NCBI GenBank assembly: GCA_963792585.1
Contig: CAWBWI010000001.1
Location: 544,001-608,000 of the forward strand
Length of the DNA: 64,000 nucleotides
Source: Candidatus Eiseniibacteriota bacterium
GTDB lineage: Bacteria > Eisenbacteria > RBG-16-71-46 > CAIMUX01 > VGJL01
Direction: 5' to 3'
Below the pieces are notes generated by a model that had not been told where the DNA came from, did no database searches, and saw only the letters and a program-made list of their open reading frames with translations. Shown here in pieces: positions 42,571 through 52,897 of the stretch. The position numbers and the translations under genes were made by a program. Numbering within the stretch: the stretch's first letter is position 1; every line of letters begins with the position of its first letter.

Positions 42571-43896
42571 TCACGGCGGTCCGTGATCGGAAGAGGCGCG
42601 CGCGGGCAGATCGTGGCGGATCATGACGGAGGTCGGGATGGGTGGATAGGCGAGGCGAACCCGGTAGAGCTCGAAATCGCCCGCGTCCCAACCGAGACGA
42701 TCGAAGACCCACCGCAGAAGCTCCAGGTAGCCGGGCACCTCGGCCGTGCGGGCTGCGCCCGTCCCGCGGCCCAGGTGATCGAGCGACTCTCCCACCGGCA
42801 GGAGATCTTCCTCGGCCATGGTCACCGGGGAATTCAGTTCGCTGAAGACGCACAGCTGTCGCTTCACTCCGGGGAAGAGGTTCTTGTGAACGAAGTGATC
42901 GAAGAGCAGACCCTCGCTCGGCGTCCGCGAGGCCGCGCCGAAGTGGGCGCGCTGATTCCGCTCGATCGCGTATGCGGGGGCGAGCTCGCGCAGCACCTCA
43001 CCGGTGAAGACCGTCTGTTGGCCGGAGAACCCGACGGGAGTGGGCAACAACTCGTCGTTCAAGAGGCCGTCGTTGCCGAGACGCCGCCGGAGCTTCGGCA
43101 GCGGCTTCGTGCAGAAGGCTGGCAGGATCGGCACGCCGCCCATCTTCCGCGCGGCATCCTCATCGAGGGGATGGCGGTCGGAGGACTCCATGCGCTTGCG
43201 CTCCTTCAGGACCACGGACTGGCTCATGACCCAGTGGACATTGGGTCGGACGCGCTTGAGCCCGATCAGTCCGCGGATCTGGGCGACATCGATCCAGTCC
43301 TCTCGGACGGCCGACCGATGCAGGATGCTGACCGCAAGTTGGAGCTTTGCCTGCGCCCCCCAGATGAAGCTGTTTCCAAGGAAGGCTTTCTCCCGCCACT
43401 TGATCTCGGCGCGCCCTTCCGAACGGGCGAGTTGCGACTGGGCGAGCAGCTCCAGGCTCGTTCGATCGTTCGCATGGGTCGCGGACATGCGGGAGAACGA
43501 GTCCGAGGCCTCCCGCAGGGCGGAAGTGACCGACCGATCGGCCCCTTTTCGTTCGAGGGCGTGGATGAGGGTGTCGATGCCGGCACGGGAGGGCATGAAA
43601 CTCACAGCGCGGAGCGGGGCCGGGCTGTAAGCGACGTTACGCATCTGCCAGGCCAGCTTGCGGTGTACCCCCAGGCGATCGCAGATGGCCGTGATCCCGG
43701 TCGGTCCCTCACCGCACTGGGTTTCGAGGACGCGAACGAGGAGATCCTGGATCGCGGGGATCCTGGTCGCCACGTCATCCTCGAAGCTGACGCCCGAGGG
43801 AGTCCCCTTGGCTGAAGAGCCGGTTTCATCGGCCTGGGTCGTGAGGGACCGAAGGCGTCTCGTGGGGCCTTTCCGCATGCGACAAGGATCCTCCAT
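42571..43896 (-). CDS. Hypothetical protein with N-terminal HTH-like motif
   Basis: ITAICDRLGVHRKLAWQM; long uninterrupted ORF; start uncertain. Confidence 0.7.
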   Translation of the reverse strand: MEDPCRMRKGPTRRLRSLTTQADETGSSAKGTPSGVSFEDDVATRIPAIQDLLVRVLETQCGEGPTGITAICDRLGVHRKLAWQMRNVAYSPAPLRAVSFMPSRAGIDTLIHALERKGADRSVTSALREASDSFSRMSATHANDRTSLELLAQSQLARSEGRAEIKWREKAFLGNSFIWGAQAKLQLAVSILHRSAVREDWIDVAQIRGLIGLKRVRPNVHWVMSQSVVLKERKRMESSDRHPLDEDAARKMGGVPILPAFCTKPLPKLRRRLGNDGLLNDELLPTPVGFSGQQTVFTGEVLRELAPAYAIERNQRAHFGAASRTPSEGLLFDHFVHKNLFPGVKRQLCVFSELNSPVTMAEEDLLPVGESLDHLGRGTGAARTAEVPGYLELLRWVFDRLGWDAGDFELYRVRLAYPPIPTSVMIRHDLPARASSDHGPP

Positions 43897-44034
43897 CGGT
43901 CGCGGGAAGTCAAGATACGGTTTCCGGATTCATTTCGGAAACAGCTCGGAATCGTTTCGCCGATTGTGGTTCGATGATTGCGGCACGCGTGTGCCCGGGG
44001 GCTGTCGGGCGGGATCGCTTGCGGCCGGGCGGTC

Positions 44035-44063
44035 TTGACACCACCCTGGGCCGCGCCTAGATT
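44035..44063 (+). promoter_or_regulatory. Sigma70 promoter of gcv operon
   Basis: TTGACA-17 bp-TAGATT. Confidence 0.7.
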
Positions 44064-44110
44064 GAACGTGTTGTGCCCGAAACGATTACCCTCCCAATGA
44101 AAGGATGCAG

Positions 44111-45208
44111 ATGGGCGCGGAATTGCGCAGGACCCCCTTGTGGGAGCACCACACCAAGGGGGGCGCAAAGATGGTGGGGTTTGCGGGGTGGGAGATGCCC
44201 ATCCAGTATCCGACGGGGCAGCTCAAGGAGCACGAAATCGTCCGCACCGACGCGGGGATTTTCGACGTCTCCCACATGGGCCGCTTCTGGTTCGAGGGAA
44301 CGGGTGCCGTCGCCTTCGTCCAGGAACTGATCACCAACGACATCGGCCGGGCCGCACCCGGTCAGCTCCTGTATCCGCCCTCTGCCACGACGAAGGGGGC
44401 ATGATCGACGACGTGACCGTCTATCGCTTCGACGAAGCGTGCCTGATGGTCGTCAACGCGTCGAACCTCTCCAAGGCTTGGGACTGGATCCACGGCCGGT
44501 TGCGTCCCGGGATCGTTCTCGAAGACCGGAGCGGATCGCTCGGCCCAGATCGCCCTTCAGGGGCCCCGGGCGCAGGAACGTTTCGCGCCGCTGGTGGAAG
44601 GGGACCTCGATCCGATCGGCTACTACCGCCATGGTCGTTTCAAGGTTCGCGGCGTTCCGGACGTCCTCGTCTCCCGCAACGGCTACACGGGTGAGGACGG
44701 ATTCGAGATCTATCTTCCCGCGGCGAAGACGGGCGCGCTGTGGGCCGCGCTGCTCGACCGCGGCGCCCGCCCGATCGGCCTCGGCGCGCGCGACACGCTC
44801 CGGATGGAGATGTGCTACGCCCTCTACGGCAACGAGCTCGACATGGAGACGACGCCGCTCGAGGCGGGCATCGGCTGGACGGTCAAGCTGAAGAAGGACC
44901 GTTTCGTGGGCAAGGAAGCGCTCGTTCGCCAGAAGGAGCAGGGGCTGCGCAAGAGCCTCGTCGGCTTCGAGGTCTCGGGTCCGCGCGCCGCGCGCCACGG
45001 GCAGACGATCCTGCACAACGGCCAGCCGGTCGGCGTGGTGACGAGCGGCGGTCCCTGCCCGAGCCTCGGCAACAGGGGCATGGGCCTCGGGTTCGTTCGT
45101 CCCGACCTGACTGCGGTCGGCACACGGCTCACCATCGACGTGCGGGGAACGCAGGTCGATGCCGTCGTCATCGAGCGGCCGTTCTACAAGAACGCGTCTC
45201 ACCGCTAA
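44111..45208 (+). CDS. gcvT: Glycine cleavage aminomethyltransferase (frameshifts)
   Basis: [35 protein letters not shown]. Confidence 0.95.
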
Positions 45209-45230
45209 GGGGTGGGGGAGGAGGGGAGGG

Positions 45231-45628
45231 ATGATTCCCGAAGGATTGCCGGTACACGAGTGAGCACGAGTGGGTCCGTCCCGACGGGCCGGACCACGTC
45301 AAGATCGGCATCACCGACTTCGCGACGGGTGCGCTGGGCGACATCGTCTTCGTCGAGCTGCCTGGGGTCGGTGCGGTCCTGACCGCGATGGGGACCGTTC
45401 GGTTCGGTCGAGGCCGTCAAGACGGTGAGCGATCTCTTCAGTCCGGTCACGGGTTCGGTGGTCGAGGTCAACCCCGCGGTCCAGAGCGACCCGAGCGTGG
45501 TCAACCGATCGCCGTACGACGAGGGATGGATGATTCGCGCGCGCATCACCAATCCCGCCGAAATCGAGGCCCTGCTGACGCCCAAGGCGTACGAGGAGCT
45601 GGTCGCCGGGCTGGAAGGGGGGCACTAG
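45231..45628 (+). CDS. gcvH: Glycine cleavage H protein (frameshifts)
   Basis: EHEWV, GITDFA...[29 protein letters not shown]. Confidence 0.9.
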
Positions 45629-46981
45629 ATGCCCTACACGGGACTACAGCCCGGAGGAGGAAAAGGAGCTACTGGCCGCAATCGGCGTCGGTCGATTCGA
45701 GGATCTGATCCAGACCCTTCCCGAGTCGCTACGCGCGCGTGGACCGGTCGCGATCCCTCCGGGACAGAGTGAGATGGAGCTTCGGCGTCTCTTCGCCGAG
45801 GCGGAGCGCAAGAACTACGACCCGACACGGACCCCTTCATTCCTGGGCGGCGGACTCTACGACCACGACATTCCCGCCGTCGTCCGCCACATGACCCTGC
45901 GCAGCGAGTTCTACACCGCCTACACGCCGTACCAGGCGGAGGTCGCGCAGGGGACGCTGATGACGATCTTCGAGTTCCAGTCGATGGTCTGCGAGCTGAC
46001 CGGGCATGGACGTCGCCAATGCTTCGATGTACGACGGCGGCTCCGCGGCCGCCGAGGCGGCGCTCCTTGCTGCGAACGCCACCGGACGGCATCGGATCCT
46101 GGTCGCCGGGATCCTTCCACCCGCACCATCGGAAGATCCTCGAAACCTACGGACTTCCCCCCGGTCTCGAGTTCGTCGAACGTTGGCGGCGATGGCCCGC
46201 TCACCGCCGCGCGATCTCGCGCCGCACCTCGGCCCGACCGTGGCGGCCGTGCTGGTGCAGCAGCCGAACTTCTTCGGGCTGGTCGAGGATCTCGCGCCCC
46301 TCGCCGAGGCGGCGCACGCGGCAGGATCGCTCCTGATCGTTTCCGCCGATCCCGTCGCCCTCGGTATCCTCGAGGCGCCGGGGCTCCTGGGAGCGGATAT
46401 CGTGGTGGGAGAGGGACAGCATCTCGGAAACGCCCCGAGCTACGGCGGTCCGGCCTGCGGCCTCTTCGCGTGCAAGAAGGCGCTGATCCGCCGTCTCCCC
46501 GGACGTCTGGTTGCCGAGACCGTCGATGCGGACGGGCGGCGCGGCTTCGTGCTGACGCTGCAGACGCGCGAGCAGCACATCCGTCGAGAGAAGGCGACCT
46601 CGAACATCTGCACGAACAACAACCTCGTGGCGCTGGGCTTCACGATCACCCTCGCGATGCTGGGGCCCGCAGGGACTGCAGCGAGATGGCGAACCTCTGC
46701 CTGCAGAAGGCGCACTACCTCGAGGCGAAGCTCGCGGCGATCCCCGGCGTCCGGCGCGATCCGCAGGGGTCCTTCTTCCTCGAGTTCGCTCTGCGACTTC
46801 CGCGCAAGGCGAAGGATGTGATCGATGCGATCTATCACGGATGCGGGGATCCTCGCGGGGATCGACCTCGGCCGGATCGAACCCGGCCTGGGGCGACCGG
46901 CTTCTCGTCGCGGTGACGGAGAAGCGGACCCGGGATGAGATGGACGCGCTGGCGGCGGCGCTCGGGAGGGCGGTGGCATGA
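45629..46981 (+). CDS. gcvPA: Glycine dehydrogenase subunit 1 (frameshifts)
   Basis: [41 protein letters not shown]. Confidence 0.93.
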
Positions 46982-48475
46982 CAGCACCGACGCAACCTAC
47001 CGGCTGATCTACGACCGCAGCGTTCCCGGCCATCGGGCCTACCGCTTGCCCGCGTGCGACGTCCCCGAGTCGCCGGTCGCAGAGCCTCCTGCCGGCCGGG
47101 GCTGTTCGCACGACCCTCCCATTCTTCCGGAGGTCATCGAACCCGAGGTCGTCCGCCACTACATCCGCCTGTCGACGCTGAACCATCATGTCGACGGGCG
47201 ATCTATCCGCTCGGCTCCTGCACGATGAAGTACAACCCGAAGATCAACGAGGATCTCGTCGCGGCTGCCCGGACTTGCCGGCATTCACCCGATGGCTCCG
47301 ATCAGAGCCTCGTGCCAGGGGCTTCTCGGGATCCTCCACCGCTTCACGCGCGAGCTGGCCGAGATCGTCGGGATGGACGCGGTGAGCCTGCACCCCGCGG
47401 CCGGGCGCGCAGGGCGAGCTCCTCGGCATCCGCCTGATCCGCGCCTACCACGATCAGCAGGGGAACAAGAAGACGACGATCATCATCCCCGACTCGGCGC
47501 ACGGGACCAATCCGGCGACGGCGCACGGATGGTCGGCTACGAGACGATCGAACTGAAGTCGCGGCCCGACGGCCGGCTCGACATCGCCGCGCTGCGCGCA
47601 GATGGTCAACGCCGGAGACCGCGCGGCCTCATGGTGACGAACCCGAACACGCTCGGCCTCTTCGAGAGCGAGATCGAGGAGGCGGCGCGGATTCTCCACG
47701 ACGTCGACGGCCTCGTCTACATGGACGGCGCGAACCTGAACGCGATGCTCGGCCTCGCCCGTCCCGGCGACATGGGCGCCGACATCGTCCACATCAACCT
47801 GCACAAGACCTTCTCGACCCCGCACGGCGGCGGCGGGACCGGGCGCCGGGCCGGTCGGCGTCAGCGCGAAGCTCGCGCCGTTCCTTCCGACTCCGATCGT
47901 CGCGGAGAAGGACGGGACGTACTTCCTGGACGAGGACCGGCCGCACAGTCGTCGGGCGCCTTCATCCCTATCTACGGCAACGTGGGGATCATCCTGCGCG
48001 CGTTCGCCTACTTGCGGTCGATCGGGAGCGACGGGCTGTCCCGCGTCAGCCGCGGAGCGATCGTCAACGCCAACTACCTGCATGAAGAAGATCGAGGCCG
48101 ACTATCCGGTCGCCTATCCCGGGAGCGTGCATGCACGAGTTCGTCGTCTCGTGCACCTGGATGAAGAAGCACGGCGTGAAGAACATCGACGTCGCCAAGC
48201 GGATGCTCGACTTCGGGGTCCACGCGCCGACCGTCAGCTTCCCGCTGATCGTTCCCGACTGCCTCATGATCGAGCCGACCGAGAGCGAGAGCCGCGCGCA
48301 GCCTGGACTGCCTTCGCGGAGATCCTGCGGGAGATCGCGCGCGAGGTCCGTGAGGAGCCCGAGACCGTCACGACGCGCCGCACGACACGCCGGTCCGCCG
48401 TCTGGACGAGGGGGGCGCGGCGCGCAATCTGATCGTGCGCTGGGCAGGCGGGACGCGGAGGTCGGGTGCGGGTGA
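46978..48475 (+). CDS. gcvPB: Glycine dehydrogenase subunit 2 (frameshifts)
   Basis: [40 protein letters not shown]. Confidence 0.92.
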
Positions 48476-48940
48476 GCGGAGCGACGCTGGCGTGGACGAT
48501 CCATCCGGTCGCGGGAACGGTCCACGCCTCGGCGTCCTGGTGCTAGGGATCATTCTGGCGATGTGCGTGGGCAGCTCGTGGTTCTGGACGCAGCAGCGCC
48601 TTCTGGCCGATTCTTCTCGTTCGCCGTCCTGTTCCTCTCGCTCGAGTCGTTCTACTTTCCGACGCGTTTCATGCTCGAGGAGGAGAAGCTGACGGTCATC
48701 CGGCGCTTCTCGCGGAGCGAGCGGGAGTGGGGGATCTTCCGGCGCTGCATCGTGGATCGGGACGGGCTGACCTTGAGCCCGTACCGCAAGCCCTCCTTCT
48801 GGAGGACTACCGATCGATCCGGCTCCGCTGGGGATCGGTGGACCGAGCGCAGGTCGTGGCGTTCGTCCGGGGGCGACTGGCGCCGGATGTCGAGTGGATA
48901 CGAGGATCGAAATTGGAAGCCGGACGCGACGGCGGCCTGA
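48472..48940 (+). CDS. Small membrane protein, hypothetical (frameshifted; ends approximate)
   Basis: [29 protein letters not shown] fragments in successive frames. Confidence 0.5.
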
Positions 48941-49300
48941 CGCCGCCCGCCGGAGGGGAACCCGATCTCGACGAGGCGCTCATCGCGGCGGTCGCGGGGC
49001 GGGTCGTGCGGATGGGACTCGCGGTGCCCGCGGTCTTCTTCCTGGAGTCGACGAAGCCGCTGTCGTTCGTCGGAAGCCAGGCGCTCGTCTTCTTCGAGCC
49101 GTTCGTCAAGGCGTTCCTGAACCTGGCGAGCTATGACGGTTCACGGCGCTGATGGAGGACCGCAAGAACGTCGAGCGGCTGATTCGCAAAGATCGAGGAG
49201 CTGGAGGAGGAGCGCGCGCGCAAGCGAGCGGGAAGAGAAGGCGGCGCGGCGCGCGGCGAAGGGGGAAAGGGGAGGACGATGGTTTCGGCGAAAGCAACTG
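48887..49300 (+). CDS. Conserved hypothetical protein (frameshifted; ends approximate)
   Basis: PAVFFLESTKPLSFVGSQALVFFEPFV...LMEDRKNVERLI. Confidence 0.55.
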
Positions 49301-51165
49301 AACTGGATCCTGGCGACCGACTGCGGGTCGACCACGACCAAGGCGATCCTGATCGCCAAGCAAGGGCGAGACCTACCGGCTGCGTCGTCCGCGGCGAGGC
49401 GCCGACGACCGTCGAGGCGCCGTTCGAGGACGTGACGCGCGGCGTGCTCAACGCGATCATGGAGGTCGAGGAGCTGGCCGGGCCGCAAGATCCTGGACGG
49501 GGAGCGGATCATCACGCCCGGCGACCGCGACGGAGGGGGTCGACATCTACGTCTCGACCTCGAGCGCCGGCGGCGGTCTGCAGATGATGGTGACCGGCGT
49601 CGTGAAGTCGATGACCGGCGAGAGCGCCGAGCGCGCCGCCCTGGGCGCCGGCGCGATCGTGATGGACATCATCGCCTCCAACGACGGCCGTCTCCCGCAC
49701 GAGCAGATCCAGCGCATCCGCGAGCTGCGGCCCGACATGATCCTCCTCTCCGGCGGCATCGACGGCGGGACGATCACGCACGTCGTGGAGATCGCCGAGA
49801 TCATCGCCGCGGCCGACCCGAAGGCCCGCCTCGGGGCCGGCTACGACCTGCCGATCATCTACGCCGGCAACAAGGACGCCCGGCGCGGAGATCGAGGAGC
49901 GCCTCGGCGAGCAAGACGCGCGCTCGTGGTCGCCGACAACCTCCGCCCCGTCCTGGAGCGCGAGAACCTGATGCCGGCGCGCGACGAGATCCACGACCTG
50001 TTCATGGAGCACGTGATGGCGCACGCCCCGGGCTACGACAAGCTGATGGAGTGGACGGCGCCGAACCCGATCATGCCGACCCCGGGCGCGGTCGGCGACA
50101 TCATCCAGACGATCGCGCGAACGCGACGGGATCCACGTGGTCGGCGTCGACATCGGCGGCGCGACGACCGACGTCTTCAGCTTCTTCCAGCGACGTGTTC
50201 AACCGCACGGTGAGCGCCAACCTCGGGATGAGCTACTCGATCTCGAACGTGCTCGCCGAGGCCGGCCTCGCGAACATCCTCCGCTGGGTGCCCTTCTCGA
50301 TGGACGAGGGCGACCTGCGCAACCGGATCAAGAACAAGATGATCCGCCCGACGACGATCCCGCAGACGCTCGAGGAGCTGATGATCGAGCAGGCGATCTC
50401 GCGCGAGGCGCTGCGGCTGGCCTTCGAGCAGCACAAGAGCCTCGCGGTCGGTCTGAAGGGCGTGCAGCAGGAGCGGACGATCTCCGACACCTTCGACCAG
50501 ACGGGCAGCGGGGAGTCGCTGATCAACATGCGCCAGCTCGACCTGCTCGTCGGCTCGGGCGGCGTGCTCTCGCACGCGCCGCGCCGCGTGCAGTCGGCGC
50601 TGATGATGATCGACGCCTTCCTGCCCGGAGGGGGTCACCGAGCTCGCGGTCGACTCGATCTTCATGATGCCGCAGCTCGGCGTGCTGGCCGATGCGAAGC
50701 CGGAGGATCCGCTCTATGAAGTGCGACGCAAGGCGGCGACCGATGTCTTCGTACGAGGACTGTCTCGTCCGTCTCGGCACGGCCGTGGCGCCGATCGGTC
50801 CCGGCAAGGAGGGGGCGCGCTGCCTGAAGGCGACGATCGTCCTGCCCGGGGGCAAGACCGAGGAAGTTCGAGGTGCCCTTCGGGGCGATGCAGCGCATCC
50901 AGCTGGATGTCGGGGCAGACGGCCGAGGCGAAGCTCGAGCCGGCCTCGGCGGCTTCGACGTCGGCGCGGGCAAGGGGAAGAGCCTCAAGGCGACCCTCAC
51001 GGGCGGCGTGGTCGGGATCATCCTCGACTGCCGCGGCCGCCAGCCGTTCGCGCCTGCCGAAGGAGCCGCAGGAGCGGATCAAGCAAGCTCATCGAGTGGT
51101 GCGAGGCCCTCGACGTCTACCCGAAGGGATTCGACCGACGCGGCCGCGTCCGCGCGGTGCGATAG
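49279..51165 (+). CDS. Glutamate mutase L (GlmL)-like actin-fold ATPase (frameshifts)
   Basis: ATDCGSTTTKA, TSSAGGGL, LLSGGIDGG, IMPTP, VDIGGATTDVFS, GSGGVLSHAP. Confidence 0.85.
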
Positions 51166-51180
51166 GGAGGGGGAGCGACA

Positions 51181-52301
51181 GTGGCGCATGCCTATACACC
51201 CGGTCTCCGGGTCACCGAACGGATGCGGATTCTCAAAGTCCGCCGCCTGCCCGCTGAAGGGGAAGGTGGTGGTCAAGCAGGGCGAGACGGTCACGGCCGA
51301 GACCGTCGTCGCGCGAACCGAGCTGCCGGGCAACGTGCAGCCGGTCAAGGCGGCCAGCATCCTCGGAGTCCACCAGCAGGACCTTCGAGAGTTCATGCTC
51401 AAGAAGGAAGGGGACAAGGTCGCGAAGGACGAGGTGATCGCGACGAACAAGTCGTTCTTCGGGATGTTCAAGTCCCACTGCAAGTCCCCCGTCGACGGCA
51501 CGATCGAGTAGCATCTCCGACGTGACGGGCCAGGTGATCATCCGGGAGCCGCCGATCCCGGTCGAGGTCGACGCCTACATCGACGGCGTCGTCTCCGAGG
51601 TGATGCCGAGCGAGGGGGTCGTGGTCGAGTCGGAAGGGGCGTTCCTCCAGGGGATCTTCGGCGTCGGCGGCGAGACGATCGGCCCGCTCAGATGGCGGTC
51701 AAGGAGCCTGCCGAGGAACTCACCGAGGCCCACTTCAAGCCCGAGCACGAAGGGAAGGTCGTCATCGGTGGGTCGCTGATCCGCATCCCGGCCCTCCGGC
51801 GGGCGATCGCGGTCGGGCGTGAAGGCGGTCGTCGTCGGCGGCCTCGACGACCAGGACCTCCGCGCCCTACTCGGCTACGATCTCGGCGTTGCGATCACCG
51901 GACAGGAGTCGATCGGATGCACGGTGATCGTGACCGAAGGGCTTCGGCAGGATGACGATGGCCCGGCGCACGTTCGATTTGCTCCGGGGTCAGGAGGGCC
52001 GGAAGACTTCGGTCAACGGCGCGACCCAGATCCGGGCGGGCGTGATGCGTCCCGAGATCGTGATTCCGGCGCTCGGCCACCAGGTCCTCACGGCGACGGG
52101 AGAGAACGAGGGAATGACCATCGGCAGCCCCATCCGCGTCATCCGGATGCCCTACTTCGGCCAACTTGGGACCGTAGCCGCGTTGCCCCCGAACTCCAGA
52201 TCCTGGAGACCGAGGCGAAGGTGCGCGTCCTGAAGGTTCGGTTCGATTCCGGTGAGGAGGCGCTGCTGCCGCGGGCCAACGTGGAGATGATCGAGTCCTA
52301 A
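51181..52301 (+). CDS. Conserved hypothetical protein with barrel-sandwich-like repeats and KOW-like C-terminus (frameshifts)
   Basis: AHAYTPGL, VKQGETV, KKEGDKV...SPVDGTIE, QGIFGVGGE, GATQIRAGVMRPE, PYFGQLG, PRANVE. Confidence 0.7.
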
Positions 52302-52343
52302 CGGGGGAGCCGACGAGAGATTCCCGGCGGATGCAGCTTGTCG

Positions 52344-52373
52344 TTGACGGGACGAAATGGCTGATGATAAATT
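52344..52373 (+). promoter_or_regulatory. Sigma70 promoter of cold-shock gene with long 5' UTR
   Basis: TTGACG-18 bp-TAAATT with extended TG, about 120 bp before ATG. Confidence 0.55.
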
Positions 52374-52492
52374 CTCTCCCCGAGGCGTTTGATTTGTGTT
52401 TCGTCGTACTTCCAGGTTGTTGAGAGAGCAGGGGGCGTGCGCGGATTCGCGTACGGTCCCTGCACACGCTTTTTCCGAGTAGGGGGGGCAGT

Positions 52493-52702
52493 ATGCCGAT
52501 CGGGAAGGTCAAGTGGTTCAGCGATGCGAAGGGGTACGGGTTCATCCAGCAGGAGGATGGCTCTCCGGACATCTTCGTTCACTTCAGCGCGATCGACGGG
52601 AGCGGTTTCCGGAGTCTGCAGGAAGGCCAGGAAGTCGTGTTCGACGTCGAGCAGGGACCGAAAGGGATGAAGGCGATCGCGGTCCGCCGGAAGGAAGGCT
52701 AG
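52493..52702 (+). CDS. Cold-shock protein (CspA family)
   Basis: [25 protein letters not shown]. Confidence 0.97.
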   Translation: MPIGKVKWFSDAKGYGFIQQEDGSPDIFVHFSAIDGSGFRSLQEGQEVVFDVEQGPKGMKAIAVRRKEG

Positions 52703-52730
52703 CGCCGACCGGACACCTCCACGAAGAGCC

Positions 52731-52772
52731 CGGGACCGGAGCGGATCGACGCCGCCCCGGTCCCGCTTTTTT
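52731..52772 (+). terminator. Rho-independent terminator
   Basis: CGGGACCGG...CCGGTCCCG followed by CTTTTTT. Confidence 0.8.
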
Positions 52773-52897
52773 GCTCGGCGGAGGGGATGGAAAGTGTACA
52801 GCCGGCGAAGTGACCTGACGAAAACCCCGGGGGGGGCCCCGTGCCGCAACCAGCGGCGGAGGCCCGGCCGGTGGGTGTAATCCCCCAGGAGGTTGTC

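Noticed and set aside
43900..44110. Glycine riboswitch upstream of gcvT
   Set aside because: No GGAGA/CGAAG/CTCTCAGG aptamer motifs, and the promoter lies only about 45 bp before the start codon.
49279..51165. DNA mismatch repair MutL
   Set aside because: Motifs are actin/ASKHA-type (DCGSTTT, DIGGATT), not GHKL; only the alternative name mutL is shared.
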